DNA of 64,000 nucleotides. It comes from Chiloscyllium plagiosum (taxonomy: Eukaryota). The DNA lies in NCBI RefSeq assembly GCF_004010195.1, contig NC_057719.1:4433464-4497463 (forward strand). The letters are read 5' to 3'. Both the position numbers and the translations under genes were made by a program. The notes beneath the pieces were generated by a model, which did not search any database, had not been told where the DNA came from, and saw nothing but the letters and a program-made list of their open reading frames with translations. This document shows, piece by piece, positions 37,505-49,978 of the stretch (position 1 is its first letter; every line of letters begins with the position of its first letter).

Positions 37505-40294
37505 GTCATAGGAGATTTTAATTTTCACAACATTGACTGGGGTTCACCTTGTGTTAGAGGTCTAGATGGAGCAGAATTTATAAGGAGCATCCAGGAGGGT
37601 TTTACGGAATAGTGTGTAAATAGTCCAAATTGGGAAGGGGGCCATACTTGACCTGGGGTTAGAGAGTGAGCCTGGTCAGGTGGCTGAATTTTCGGTAAGG
37701 GATTACTTTGGGAATAGTGATCACAATTCCGTAAGTTTTAGAATACTCATGGACAAAGACGAGAGTGGTCCTAAAGGAAGAGTGCTAAATTCGGGGAAGG
37801 TTAACAATAGCAAAATTCGGCAGGAATTGGGTGAATGTGGATTGTGAGCAACTGTTTGAAGGTAAATCCACATTGTGATAAATGGGAGGCTTTGAAAGAA
37901 AGGTTGATTAGAGTGCAGGCAAGACATGTTCCTGTGAAAACGAGGGATAGAATTGGCAAGATTAGGGAACTATGGATGACAGGTGAAATTGTGAGACTAG
38001 CTAAGAGGAAAAAGGAACGTATATAAGGTCAAGATGACTGAAGACCGATGAAGCTTTGGAAGAATTTTGGAAAGTAAGACCAATCTGAAATGAGGAATTA
38101 AGACGACTAAAAGGGAGATATCTTTAGCAAACAGGGTTAAGGAAAATCCCAAAGCCTTTTATTCATATGTAACTAGAGAAAGGGTTGGCCCACTCAACTA
38201 CAATGCAGGAAAGTTATGCGTGGAGTCAGAGAAAATGGGTGAGATTCTTAATGAGTACTTTGCATCGGTATTTACAGAGGAGAGGGACATAATGGATGTT
38301 GAGGTTAGGAATAGATGTTTGATTACTCTAGATCAAGTTGGCATAAGGAGGGGGGAAGCGTTCGGTGTTCTAAAAGGTATTAAGGTGGACAAGTCCCTAG
38401 GTCCGGATGGGATCTATCGCAGGTCACTGAGGGAAGTGAGAGACGACATAGCTGGGGCCTTTACAGATATCTTTGCAGCATCCTTGAATACGGGTGAGGT
38501 CCCAACAGACTGGAGAATTGCTAATGTTGTCCCCTTGTTTAAGAAGGGTAACAGGGATAATCCAGATAATTATAGACTGGTGAGTCTGACACCAGTGGTA
38601 GGGAAGCTGCTGGAGAAGATACTGAGGGATAGGATCTATTCTCATTTGGAAGAAAATGGGCTTATCAGTGATAGGCAGCATAGCTTTGTGCAGGAAAGGT
38701 TATGTCTTACCAATTTAATAGAATTCTTTGAGGAAGTAACAAGGTTGATTGATGAGGGAAGGGCTGTAGATGTCATATACATGGACTTCAGTGCAGCATT
38801 TGATAAGATTCCCCATGGAAGGCTGATGGAGAATGTGAAATTTCATGGGGTCCAAGGTGTACTAACGAGGATAAAGAGCTGGCTGGGCAATAGGAGAAAG
38901 AGTGCAGTAGAACATAGAACATAGAAGAATACAGCGCAGTACAGGCCCTTTGGCCCTCGATGTTGCGCCGATCCAAGCCCACCTAACCTATACTAACCCA
39001 CTATCCTCCATATACCTATCCAATGCTGGAAAGGAAAGGAATTTCTCAAAGTGGAGACCTGTGACCAGTGATGTTCCACAGGGATCCGTGCTGGGACCAT
39101 TATTGCTTGTGATATACATAAATGATCTTGGGAAGGTATAGGTGGTCTGATTAGCAAGTTTGCAGATGATACTAATGTTGGTGGAGTAGTAGATAGTAAA
39201 GGGGACTGTCAGAGAATACAGCAGAATATGGATTGATTGGGTGGAGAAATGGCAGATGGAGTTCAATCTGGGCAATTGAGAAGTGATACATTTTGGAAGA
39301 TCTAATTCAAGAGCGAACTATATGATAAATGGAAAAGCCCGGGGCAAAATTGATGTACAGAGAGATCTGGGTGTTTAGGTCCATTGTACCCTGAAGGTGG
39401 CGATGCAGATCAATAGAGTGGTCAAGAAAGCATATGACATGCTTTTCTTAATCAGACAGGGTATTGAGTACAAGAGTTAGCAGGTCATGTTATATAAGAC
39501 TTACAGTTGTATAAGAATTTGGGTCAGCCACATTTGGAATACTGTGTATTACCACATTACCACAAGGATGTGGATGCTATGGAGAGGGTGCAGAGAAGAT
39601 TCACCAGGATGTTGACTGATGTGGAGGGCACTATGAAGAGAGGTTCGTAGATTAGGATTATTTTCATTAGAAAGCCAGAGGTTGAGGGGGGATCTGATTA
39701 AGGTCTACAAAATCATGAACAGGTATAGACAGGGTGGATAGCAAGAAGCTTTTGCCCAGAGTGGGGATCTCAATTACTAGGGGTGATGAGTTCATGGTGA
39801 GAGGGGAAAGGTTTAAGGGAGATATGTATGGAAAGTTCTTTACACAGATAGCATGGTGGCTCAGTGGTTAGCACTGCTGCCTCACAGCACCAGGGTCCCA
39901 GGTTCGATTCCAGCCTTGGGCGATGGTCTGTATGGAGTTTGCACATTCTCCCTGTGTCTGCATGGGTTTCCTCGTGCAGGCCAGGTGAATTGGCCAGGCT
40001 AAATTGCCCGTAGTGTTAGGTGCATTAGTCAGAGGGAAATGGGTCTGGGTGGGTTACTCTTCGGAGGGTCGGTGTGGACTTGTTGGGCCAAAGGGCCTGT
40101 TTTCACACTGTAGGAAATCTAATCTAATCAGAGGGTGGTGGGTGCCTGGAACGATAGCACCATTTAAGATGCATGAATGGGCAGGGAGCAGAGGGACACA
40201 GATCCTTAGAAAGTAGATAGCTGAATTAGATAGAGGATCTGGATCAGCGCGGGCCGAAGGGCCTGCTCCTGTGCTGTAATTTTCTTTGTTCTTT
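37505..40294 (+). mobile_element. Long CR1/HER1-like LINE (endonuclease end, RT, 3' end) with nested inserts
   Basis: [39 protein letters not shown]. Inserts at 38908-39025 (CR1 tail, -) and 39850-40129 (SINE). Confidence 0.95.
39850..40129 (+). mobile_element. HE1/V-SINE-like SINE nested in CR1
   Basis: gtggctcagtggttagcactgctgcctcacagc..ggttcgattcc; tctaatctaatc tail. Confidence 0.9.
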
Positions 40295-40861
40295 ATTTGT
40301 GGAAGAGAGTTCCAAACCCTTACCATCCTTGATGTGTAGAAGTGTTTCCTAACGTCTCTCCGCAACGGTCTGGCCCTAATTCTCAGCTACAACCCGTAGT
40401 TCCAGAAACTCCAATCAGTGGAAACAGTTTATTTTTATCTACCCTGTCTTTTCCTGTTGATCTTTTGAAAGTCTTTGATCAGATCACTCCTTAACCTTCT
40501 AAATCCTAGAGAAAGAGAAAGAGAGAGAGACAGCATTTCTGTTTGTAGGGATGAACTAAATTTGAGGCCACCAACAAGACACCATCACTAATAAATCTAA
40601 GAAAAGACTCAGGAGAAAAGGTTTACCGAAAGAATGTCTAAATTGCAGCACTCACTACGATGGGCAGAGTTTGAAGATTCTGGGGAGGCTAGATAAACAT
40701 CCAAGAGACAAGGGAATAAAGGATTAAGTTGATAGAGCATTGAAGAAGGATTGATGCAGAATTGAGAGAATCATAAATGGCATCAAGGACTTTTGAGCCA
40801 AATGATGTGTGTCTGTGTTACATTCTCCAGGTAATCCTATGTAATGTGGAGTGTTTATGAA

Positions 40862-41158
40862 CATAGAATACTAGATGAAATCCCTACATTGTGGAAGCAG
40901 GCCATTCAGCCCTTACCACCCATCTGAAGAGCATCCAACCCACACCATCCTTGTAACCATGTATTTCCATGGCCAATCCAACTAACCTGCATATCTTTGG
41001 ACTGTGGGAGAAAGAAACTGGAGCATCCAGAGGAAACCCACGCAGACATGGGGAGAAAGTGCAAACTCTACACTGACAGTTACCCAAGGCTGGAACTGAA
41101 CCTGTGTCCCTGGTGCTGTCAGACAGCAATTGCTAACTACTGAGCCATCATGCTGCCT
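40862..41158 (-). mobile_element. HE1/V-SINE-like SINE
   Basis: Family motifs. Confidence 0.8.
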
Positions 41159-42139
41159 CATGTCAACTGAGCTGAAAATTAGGTAAGTGCATAACAGGCA
41201 GCTGATTACACCACCAAAAGTTAAATTTTAGCCCAGTAGATTGCTGGGTAACTTTCCTTGTGTAACTAGTTTAGGATTCAATGACATGCAAAATCAGTCT
41301 AATCAGATCAGACATGTGCCATGACACCTGTTCAGAGCTCAGCAAATAGCAATTTGGCCACAATTAGTTCTTTATTGAAGAGTTAGGAAGATGGCTGCCT
41401 GCAGTATATGGCTCACGGTACAGGTCACATGACCACATTAAACCAGCAAACTAATTTGTACACAATTGCATTTCAATCCAAACATCCTCCTTTTTACACA
41501 AAAGAATTGGAAGATTTTGGGTTACCCAAGTTACCCATTGTGTACAGAGCAATTCTCATGTAGAAGCAGTTTGCTGTTCTCATCAGCTCTGCATGTGCAT
41601 TTCATACATACTCTTTCATCATCATGGTCTCTTAATGTTTTGTGTGTGAGTGTTGTTGCTGGCTTTTCATCTGAGTAATGTTTCTTCACTGGGCAATGTT
41701 GTTACTCTGTCCTCAGTTGTTGCCATAGTACCTTTTGTTGTTCCATTTTCATTGTCATGTTGCCAGGGACCTCTGGATCTGTTGGTTAATCTGTGCACAT
41801 GATGAGTTCATACCTTCCTGACTAGCTGCCAGAAATTGAACACTGGTTTCACCAGGTTGCATGGCATATGTGGTCATTGATAAGAGTCAGAGTCATACAG
41901 CATGGAAACAGTCCCTTCAGTCCAACTCATCCACACTGATCAGACATCCCAATCTGACCTGGTCTCATTTGTCAGCATTTGACTCTCTTAAACCCTTCCT
42001 AATCATGAAGCCATCCAGATGCCTTTTAAACATTGTAATTCCACCACAAATGACCCTATGTAGGTCCCTGGGTGACATTTGGCCTGATGTTTATTTTATC
42101 AAGAGCTTGAAGGTGTTGACCTGTGATGGTGTGAAGAGC

Positions 42140-43290
42140 ATGTAAGTGGAACTCCAAAAGGGCATTGACAGCTTGGTGGAGAAAGCCGATGGTTGGCAGA
42201 TGAAGTTCAATGCGGAGAGGTGTGAGGTGATGCACTTGACTCAGCAGAATATTGAAAGACAACCTAAAATAGAGGGTGCAAGAGCAAAGGGACCTTGGTA
42301 GCACAGATCATTGAATTGGCAGATAGGTAGAGAGCACGTTGATGTGGTGAATTTGGATTTCCAGAAGGCATTTCATGCAGTGACACACAACAGACTTGTG
42401 AGAAAAGCTACAGGTCATGATGAAAACAAGTATAGTAACAATGTGAATACAAAACTGGGAGAGGGATAGGAAGCAGAGAGTAGTCAATGGATTTTTGTCA
42501 GGTCTGAGGAGTTCCCCATGGTCAGGATTGGGGCCCTAGCTTTTCCTGATCTATATTAATGATCTAGATCTTACTGTGCAGGGGACAATTTCAAAGTTTG
42601 CAAAAAACACTAAACTTGGAAGAATGACATACTGTGAGAAGGACAGTTGGAAACCCAAAAGGATGTTGACAAGTTGGTGGAGTGGGCAGATAGGTGGCAG
42701 ATGAAGTTCAAAGCAGAGAAGATGCACTTTGGTCAGAAAAACATTGAAAGACAATATAGATAGGGCATATAATTCTAAAGCAGGTAGAGGAGCAGAGGGA
42801 CCTAGGTGTATATGTGCACAGATCATTGAAGGTGGCACAACAGGTTGAGCGAGCAGTTAGTGAACATACTGTATTCTCAGCTTTATTAATAGAGGCACAG
42901 AGTACAATAGCATGCAGATGATGTCAAACTTGTACAAGGCAAAGGTAGACTTCAGTTTTTCCTGCTATGCATTAATGATCTGGATCTTGCTGTGCAGGGG
43001 AAAGTTTTAAAGTTTTCAGATGACACTAAATTTGGAAGATTGGTATATTGTGAAGAGGACAATACAAAACTCCAAAAGGAGGACATTGCCAGGTTGGTGG
43101 AGTGGGCAGATAAAGTTCAAAGCAGGGAGGCATGAGGTGATGCACTTTGGACAGAACACTGTCAGACAATGTAACACACGGGGTACAATTCTAGAGTGGG
43201 TGCAGGAGCAGAGGGACCTGGATGTATTTGTGCACAGATCACTAAAGGTGGCAGGACAGGTGGGGACAGTGTCCTTGGATTTATTAATAG
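42140..43290 (+). mobile_element. Three consecutive fragments of the same CR1 RT segment
   Basis: actccaaaagg..ttgacag..ttggtgga..ggcagatgaagttcaa..gcacagatcattgaa occurs three times. Confidence 0.7.
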
Positions 43291-43763
43291 GGGCAATAGG
43301 GTACAAGACCATAAGACATAGTAGCAGAAATTAGGCCATTCAGCCCATCAAGTCTGCTCTGCCATTCAATCATGGCTGATAAATTTCTCAACCTCATTCT
43401 CCTGCTTCCTCCCCATAACCCTTGATACTTAAGAACTGTTGCGGATGCCACAATATAGGAAAAATGTGAATGCATTAGAGGCAGTTCAGAAACAATTGAC
43501 AATAATTCCTCCAGGAATGAAAAATTTCAGTTGAGGATAGATTGAAGAAGTTGGGATTATTTTCCTTGGAGAGAAGGCGGCTGAGGGTGGGCAGGTGGGA
43601 ACTGATAAAGGTTTCAAAAACCATCTGAGGGATGGACAGAGTAAATAGAAGATTGCCTTGCATACACCTGTATGAGATCTGCTTGATTCCTTTATGATTC
43701 TTTTGGCAACTTTCACTGTCATCTCAATCTTTCCAATTGCCTGGGGAAAGTATGAAGATGATG

Positions 43764-43994
43764 TGGGAACAAGAGAGGACTGCAGGTGCTGGAGATCAAG
43801 GTCAAAAGGTGTGGTGCTGGAAAAGCACAGCCAGTCAGGCAACATCCGAGGAGCTGGAAAGTTGTCATTTTGAGCATAAGCTCTTCATCAGGAATGTCTC
43901 ATTCCTGACGAAGAGCTTACCTTGAAACATTGACTCTCCTGCTCCTCGGGTGCTGTCTGACCAACTGTGCTTTTCCAGCACCACACTTTTTGAC
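43764..43994. mobile_element. Fold-back PLE mini-element
   Basis: 13-bp TSD tatgaagatgatg (43751-43763, 43995-44007); inverted arms; decayed hammerhead motifs. Confidence 0.8.
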
Positions 43995-44116
43995 TATGAA
44001 GATGATGCGTGGTGTTGAATTTCCCAATCATTTATTGAGCAACTAAATTCTTCCCTCATGGTATTTGACAGTTTCAGCAAAGGTTGATGTCAACTTTTCC
44101 ACCGTTCAGTGTTCAG

Positions 44117-44734
44117 TATGATGGTGTTGTGGCTCTAAGAGATTACTTTGTCCTGTCTTGTTTTTTGAAGAGAGATTTTAAGGCAGAGATGAAGAGCAGT
44201 CTACAAGAACCACTAGAGCAACAGATTGTGAGGCCTTTTTTTTAAAAAAATTGAAACAACAGAAGCAGCCTGAAGGAGTTGGGTCAAACTCCCACAGAAG
44301 CAGGATCTTTAATTTAGCTTTCAGCAGAAGCTGCTTGGGTTGTGAGAAACTGCCACAGCAGAAAGCTGGCGCTCTCCCTCTATCTCACAGAATTGTCTTT
44401 TGTTATTATTTCCTCCTGGATTGGAGAATTGCATGCAAGATAATCTGTTTTCTGAATTTGCCTTTTGTCAAGGCTATGTTTATGGGGTGTTACTATATTG
44501 GAACAGTTAATTAATAATAGTTATTATTCAGTTAAGTTTACCAATAGAATTAAAATGTTCAAATTCCTTCTTTCTTTTGTTGTATTTCAACTATAGTGGA
44601 TGAATAAAGTGTGCTTTGTTTTAAATCTGGTAGTTTGAACAATCAAATTACACCTGGAACACAACACCATATCTTTAAAATAAGAAAAGGTTAGGGTCTA
44701 TACTATATTGAAGGGGCTGTTCTGGTCTAAAACA
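44117..44734 (+). mobile_element. Solo LTR
   Basis: 4-bp TSD tcag (44113-44116, 44735-44738), CA end, internal AATAAA ~44603; homologous to 34645-35429. Confidence 0.75.
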
Positions 44735-44937
44735 TCAGGATAATAGTCTATTGTGGCAGAAAAATCTGTTCCAACCCAAATGAAGTGTGTACTCCCAGCT
44801 TCATCCAAAGTCTGGATTTTCACTGGTCTTTAACTGGTCTTTGGCTTGATACCAACATTTCCTTTGAGCTACACACCGATTGAAGGATTACCTCAATCAG
44901 CATGCCTATGCATTCGTTTCTGCCACACATGGACCTT

Positions 44938-45135
44938 AGTGAGTTTTGAGAAGATTTGTAGCTCAAGTTGAGGTTCTGGATGTAGGTTTTCTCGCTGAGC
45001 TGGAAGGTTAATTTTCAGATGTTCCATTACCATACTAGGTAACATCTTCAGTGAGCCTCTGGATGAAGCACTGCTGATGATTCCTGCCTTTCATTTATAT
45101 GTTTGAGTTTCTTTGGGTTGGTGATGTCATTTACT
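44938..45135 (-). mobile_element. Poseidon-like PLE 3' end with decayed hammerhead motif
   Basis: Minus strand tca-ctgaaga-tgttacc..ggtaat-ggaa-catc-tga, and gagctacaaatcttctc end shared with ~51530. Confidence 0.65.
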
Positions 45136-45694
45136 ATGGGAGTCAGTTGGGTCATTTGCTTGATTTCAGCTCGTCTGTAATTTTCAAGTCAGGTTGATGT
45201 CTTCCAGAGTATGACAAACATCTACTTGATGTCGAATATGGAATATTTCATATTCCATATTATAGTATCCTCTATTTTCTTTATTGGGAGTGCTACTTTC
45301 AAGACCATATGCACAATATACATCAGCTTCACTTGCTTGTAATTTACATCCAGATGGTATCACTATAACTGGAGTAACAACCTTTAAAGATGCTTTGGAG
45401 CATTTGTAGCAACTGAAGGAAAAAGCTTTGAAAGTGTCTATGGTTGGACTCAACTGTCCCTTTGTCTCTTCCTGGTAGGTGTTGATGAAAATGTTCACAA
45501 GCAAAAACAATGGTCAGTCACATGCTCAATCAGTGCATAGTACATTCTGTTTGTGTTAATGTCCTAGACGCAAATGTGATCATTTGTTCTTGTTGCATTG
45601 AGACTGCTCCAACTCTGTTTCACTACAGAGTGACTTCACTTATGCTATAGTATTTTAGCACTGGCACTGTCATCACTAGTTGTTTGATTTTAGT

Positions 45695-46265
45695 GAATGC
45701 TTTCCTTTATTGGTCAGAGTATTGAGTACAGGACTTGGGAGGTCACATTGGGGCTGTACAGGACATTGGTTAGGCCACTGTTGGAATATTGCATGCAATT
45801 CTGATCTCCTTCCTATCGGAAAGATGTTGTGAAACTTGAAAGGGTTCAGAAAAGATTTACAAGGATGTTGCCAGGGTTGGAGGATTTGAGCTATAAGGAG
45901 AGGCTGAACAGGCTGGGGCTGTTTTCTGTGGAGCGTCGGAAGCTGAGGGGTAACCTTACAGAGGTTTATAAAATCATGAGGGGCACGGATAGGATAAATA
46001 GACAAAGTCTTTTCCCTGGGAGTCCAGAACTAGAGGGCTGCCAGAGGAAGTGGTGGAGGCTGGTACAATTGCAACATTTAAAAGGCATTTGGATGGGCAT
46101 AACAATTGCAACATTTAAAAGGCATTTGGATGGGCATATGAATAGGAAGAGTTTGGAGGGACATGGGCCTGGTGCTGCCAGGGGGACTAGATTGGGTTGG
46201 GATATCTGGTCCGCCTGGAGAGTTTGAAGCGAAGGGTCTGTTTCCATCTGTGCATCTCTATGACC
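45695..46265 (+). mobile_element. CR1 3' end with 37-bp tandem duplication (46065-46138)
   Basis: KLERVQKRFTRMLPGLEDLSYKERLNRLGLFS. Confidence 0.9.
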
Positions 46266-46649
46266 CTTATGTTGTTTTCATCTGTATGATCTCCTCCACA
46301 ATAGGAGCATCCGATCTTTTCTCTGCAATTGTTCTGCCCACTAGGATTGAAGTGTCTATTATTACAATGCAAGACCTGGTCTATTCTATCATGAATGTGC
46401 TCTAGCAGCTGAATAGAAAACTCAGCTTTCCTGAGCATGAGCTTGTCCTCCCTCAGTAGGCATGCTCTCAATGCAGGATCTCTTGCGTATAATACCATTT
46501 TATTTTTATCCGATCATCTGTTAGTTATGCAAATAATTCTGTAACATGAGTCAATAAAGTCATATATTGATCAATGAATCTTTTTTAACTCTGGATCCTA
46601 ACATCATAATACATACAATTGATAGTTCAAAGGTTTTCAAAATTGATAA

Positions 46650-47092
46650 GAGACAGTGTAGAGAGGAATCTTTAATCTTTGTCTAACCCAGTGCTACAAA
46701 TGTCTCAGGCATTGGGAGATTTGCATCATCACCTCAGATAACGTTATTTTAATTTAGTAAGTTTCCGTTTTGCTCTATAAGTTTCCATTTGACTGTTAAA
46801 TTGTGTTTTCCTTCAGTACCGTGGCCCAGTAGGGACTATTTCGTTATTATTATTGACTTCCTGTTTCAGTAAAATAGTCAAGGAACTTTACTCTCCGTTT
46901 ACTTTTAGTTCAAAGAGGGGAAGAGAGCTTTACTCTGTATTTAATCCCGTGCTGTCCCTGTTCCGAATTGTTGATGGGGATGGTGTAAAGGAAACTTTGG
47001 GTTTAATTTTAGTTTAACAGCAGAGAGAGCTTTACTCTGTATCTAACCCCAGCCCGTACCTGTTCCAGGAGTGTTTGATGCGGACAATGTAT
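46650..47092 (+). repeat. Remnant copies of a ~65-70-bp minisatellite
   Basis: gagagctttactctgtat(c/t)taa(c/t)ccc..ctgttcc..tgatg units at ~46655, ~46922 and ~47025. Confidence 0.55.
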
Positions 47093-48845
47093 GAAGTCTG
47101 ACTAAGCGCTGTGCCTGACTGCAAATAAATATTTAAAGTTAAAAACAGTCTATTGGGGAAAAAGAACTTAGCTTGCCGCTAATTGTAAAATGTTGCCCTT
47201 CTCAGGAGGTTTGGGATGAAAGCGGGGAAAACGTTGATTTCTACATCCACTATGCTCATGGCATTGTTTAACTTTCTGGCATTGACTGCTCACCAAGTGA
47301 CCACTAGAAACGTGAGCTCTGAATTCTCCACAGCATGTATATTTGTAAAATAAATACACCGTGGTGCAGTTTCTTTAACAAAAAAAAGTCTCAGCCAAAA
47401 CAAACCTGACAGCAAGAGTCCCTGGTGGGGGTGGGGAGGAGAGGGTGTGAGCCTGAGATACAGGGGGTGTTTGTGTGTGTATTGGTCTGATTATAATTAC
47501 TTCAACTTGAGAGATGTTGATCGTGCAATAAGTTGACATGGAAATGAGCTGGCGAAGTGGGGGTGCGGTTGTGATATTTAGGAAACGAATGCAATTCCTT
47601 TCCCAGCCTCCACTCTGCAGCGACAAACACCAAATGGGGAGCGGATCTGCTGACTAAATTCAGTGGACTGGACTGGGGAGGGGGGTCCGAGGGCCTGTGC
47701 AAACTTTTGGCCAGTTGCTTAAAGCTGGGTCTGCTATTGCCAAGCGGGTAATTGGAAGAGAACCTTTATATATTTGTACAAAGCTCTGACAGAATATTTC
47801 CACCCGTCGCAGTGAGCACTGACCTAATCAACCGCGCCGTGCTGTTTTTTTCAGCCTGACAAGTTTACAAATCACGGGACTGACGAAAACCTGAAGTCTT
47901 GTCATCCTTCCAGATAAATCTGAAATGAGGTTTTTGGGCAGGAAATGGGCCCGGAATCAACGTCAAGCCAACGCAGACCGATGTGCTGTCAGACTGAAGG
48001 CTTTAATTTGTTATGAAGCTTAAGCAGCTCGACACTGAAATTTACAGGACTGTCACCAGGAGAGGTCTGTGCAAAAACAAACAGTGTAATCACCTTCACC
48101 TTATAAAATTTGGACGTGATCTTTTGTTTGTTACAAGCTGCTCTGAGGGGATTTGTGCACTAGTTGCAGCTACAGGTTTTAAAAAAAAAATGGCTCAAAA
48201 GCATCACGAATAGGCTATTCAGCCTCTCCGGCATCGTGTTAGATTTTACAGCAGTATGTGTCCAGCCCGCAGACAGGCTATTCGGCCCGCCTGATGTATT
48301 CAGGTGTCGACCCTTCACAAGAAGATCTTCACTTTCCATTTCATTTAGCTTGAAACTATATTCTTTCCCCTAGTGAATTTGGCCAGCTTTCCCTTAAGTA
48401 CATCTATCCTAAACACATCAGTGATGTTTAGGATAGGTGTTGTGAGATTTTTAACTTCCGAATAGGAACAGGAGTAAGCCATTCAGCTCCTCAATCCCAT
48501 TCTGCCATTCAATTCAATCATGACTGAGCAGTGCCTAGCAAATTTCACATTTAACAACAGTTCCTCACCAACTCACTAATGTATTCATTAGTGGCAACCT
48601 TACACAGCTGGCTTCTGAGTTTGGTTTCCTGGTCAGTGGAAATTTCTTTACGGCCGATCCGTATCCTAACTCCACGTTTTCACTTAAGTTGCACACTCCT
48701 TGATCTACTTGCATACCAAATGAGATCCCCAATTACTGAATATCCTGCATGGTGTTCTGACTTACTTTGCCAACAGACTCAGGAATGGAGTCATTCACAG
48801 CCCGGGGAGTGCCTGTAATCGAAGCATTAAGAGAGATATGATTTA

Positions 48846-49045
48846 GAGGTGCCGGCGTTGGACTGGGGTGTACAAAGTTTTTTAAAAAAATCACAACACC
48901 AGGTTATAGTCGAACAGGTTTATTTGGAAATGCTAGCTTTCGGAGCGTTGCTCCACAGCCGCCTGATGAAGGAGCAGCGCTCCGAAAGCTAGCATTTCCA
49001 AATAAACCTGTTCGATTATAACGTGGTGTTGTGAGATTTTTAACT
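48846..49045. mobile_element. Fold-back PLE mini-element (GGAGC family) with intact plus-strand hammerhead core
   Basis: gc-ctgatga-a-ggagc-agc-gctcc-gaaa-gc-ta-gc at 48961-48993; long inverted arms. Confidence 0.8.
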
Positions 49046-49978
49046 TCAGAATAGGAACAGGAGTAAGCCATTCAGCTCCTCAATCCCATTCTGCCATTCA
49101 ATTCAATCATGACTGAGCAGTGCCTAACTTCATATATCTGCCTTTGGCCTATATCCCTTAAAATCTCATTAAAAATTAACAACTGACCGTGTATCCATTG
49201 CTGTTTGTGAAAGAGTTCAAAACAACTATCACTCTTTGTTCTAGGAGTGCTTCCTAACATCTCTCCTGAAAGATCTGGCCCTATTTTTTTAAAAAAACTA
49301 TTCCTTTAATTCTAGAATCCCCAACCAGGAAATAACTTATCCTTATCTATCGTCTTTTCCTGCTAATATGTTGAAGTCTTGGATCAAGTCACCCCTTAAC
49401 CTTCTGAATTCTAGAGAAAATAAGCCTACTTTGTATAATTTCTTTTCATATTAAAAAAAGAAACAATTTTCCCTGTTTCTGCTTTGTTCTAAACTTGCCC
49501 CAAAACTTTCAACATTAGAACTAAGCACTTTAGCAATGAAATCAGAGCACTTTTTTCCAGACAAAGCCAAGTGGGGGGAAACTGGAAGTCTTCGCCATGA
49601 AAACCAGTGGATGTTGACAGAGCGCAGTCAAGGAGTCGATTGGAATGTTTAAGACAGATATTGTTAGAAGAATATTGAGGGGTGGAAGAAAGTTCAGCTA
49701 CAGACAAGGGAAATTGATGACATAAGGGTATTATTACTAGACTATTAATCCATACAGCCAAGTAAGGACTTGGGTTCAAATCCTACCATTCCAGATGGTA
49801 TTTGAATCCAATAAATGTCTGCAATTAAGAGTTGTTGATTGTTGGAAAAATCCATCTGGTTCACTAATGTCCTGTATGGAAGAAAACTGCATCCTTACTT
49901 GGTCTGGCTTACATGCGACTCCAGATCCACAGCAATGTGGTTGACCTTTAACTGTCCTCTGGCTATTTAGGGATGGGC

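Larger units (their letters stand above)
41590..46520 (-). mobile_element. Fragmented fossil Gypsy LTR retrotransposon
   Basis: Colinear decayed peptides on -: gag-like DPALRACLLREDKL (~46450), RNase H/linker APKHL*RLLLQL**YHLDVNYK (~45370), integrase WMKLGV (~44800) and TSSSYFPQAIGKIEMTVKVAKRII (~43720). Confidence 0.65.

Noticed and set aside
39850..39915. tRNA gene
   Set aside because: A/B boxes belong to a SINE head followed by the SINE body; no complete cloverleaf. The same applies to the other SINE copies.
46650..47092. CRISPR-like repeat-spacer array
   Set aside because: Eukaryotic context, degenerate irregular units and no cas genes; a minisatellite remnant.
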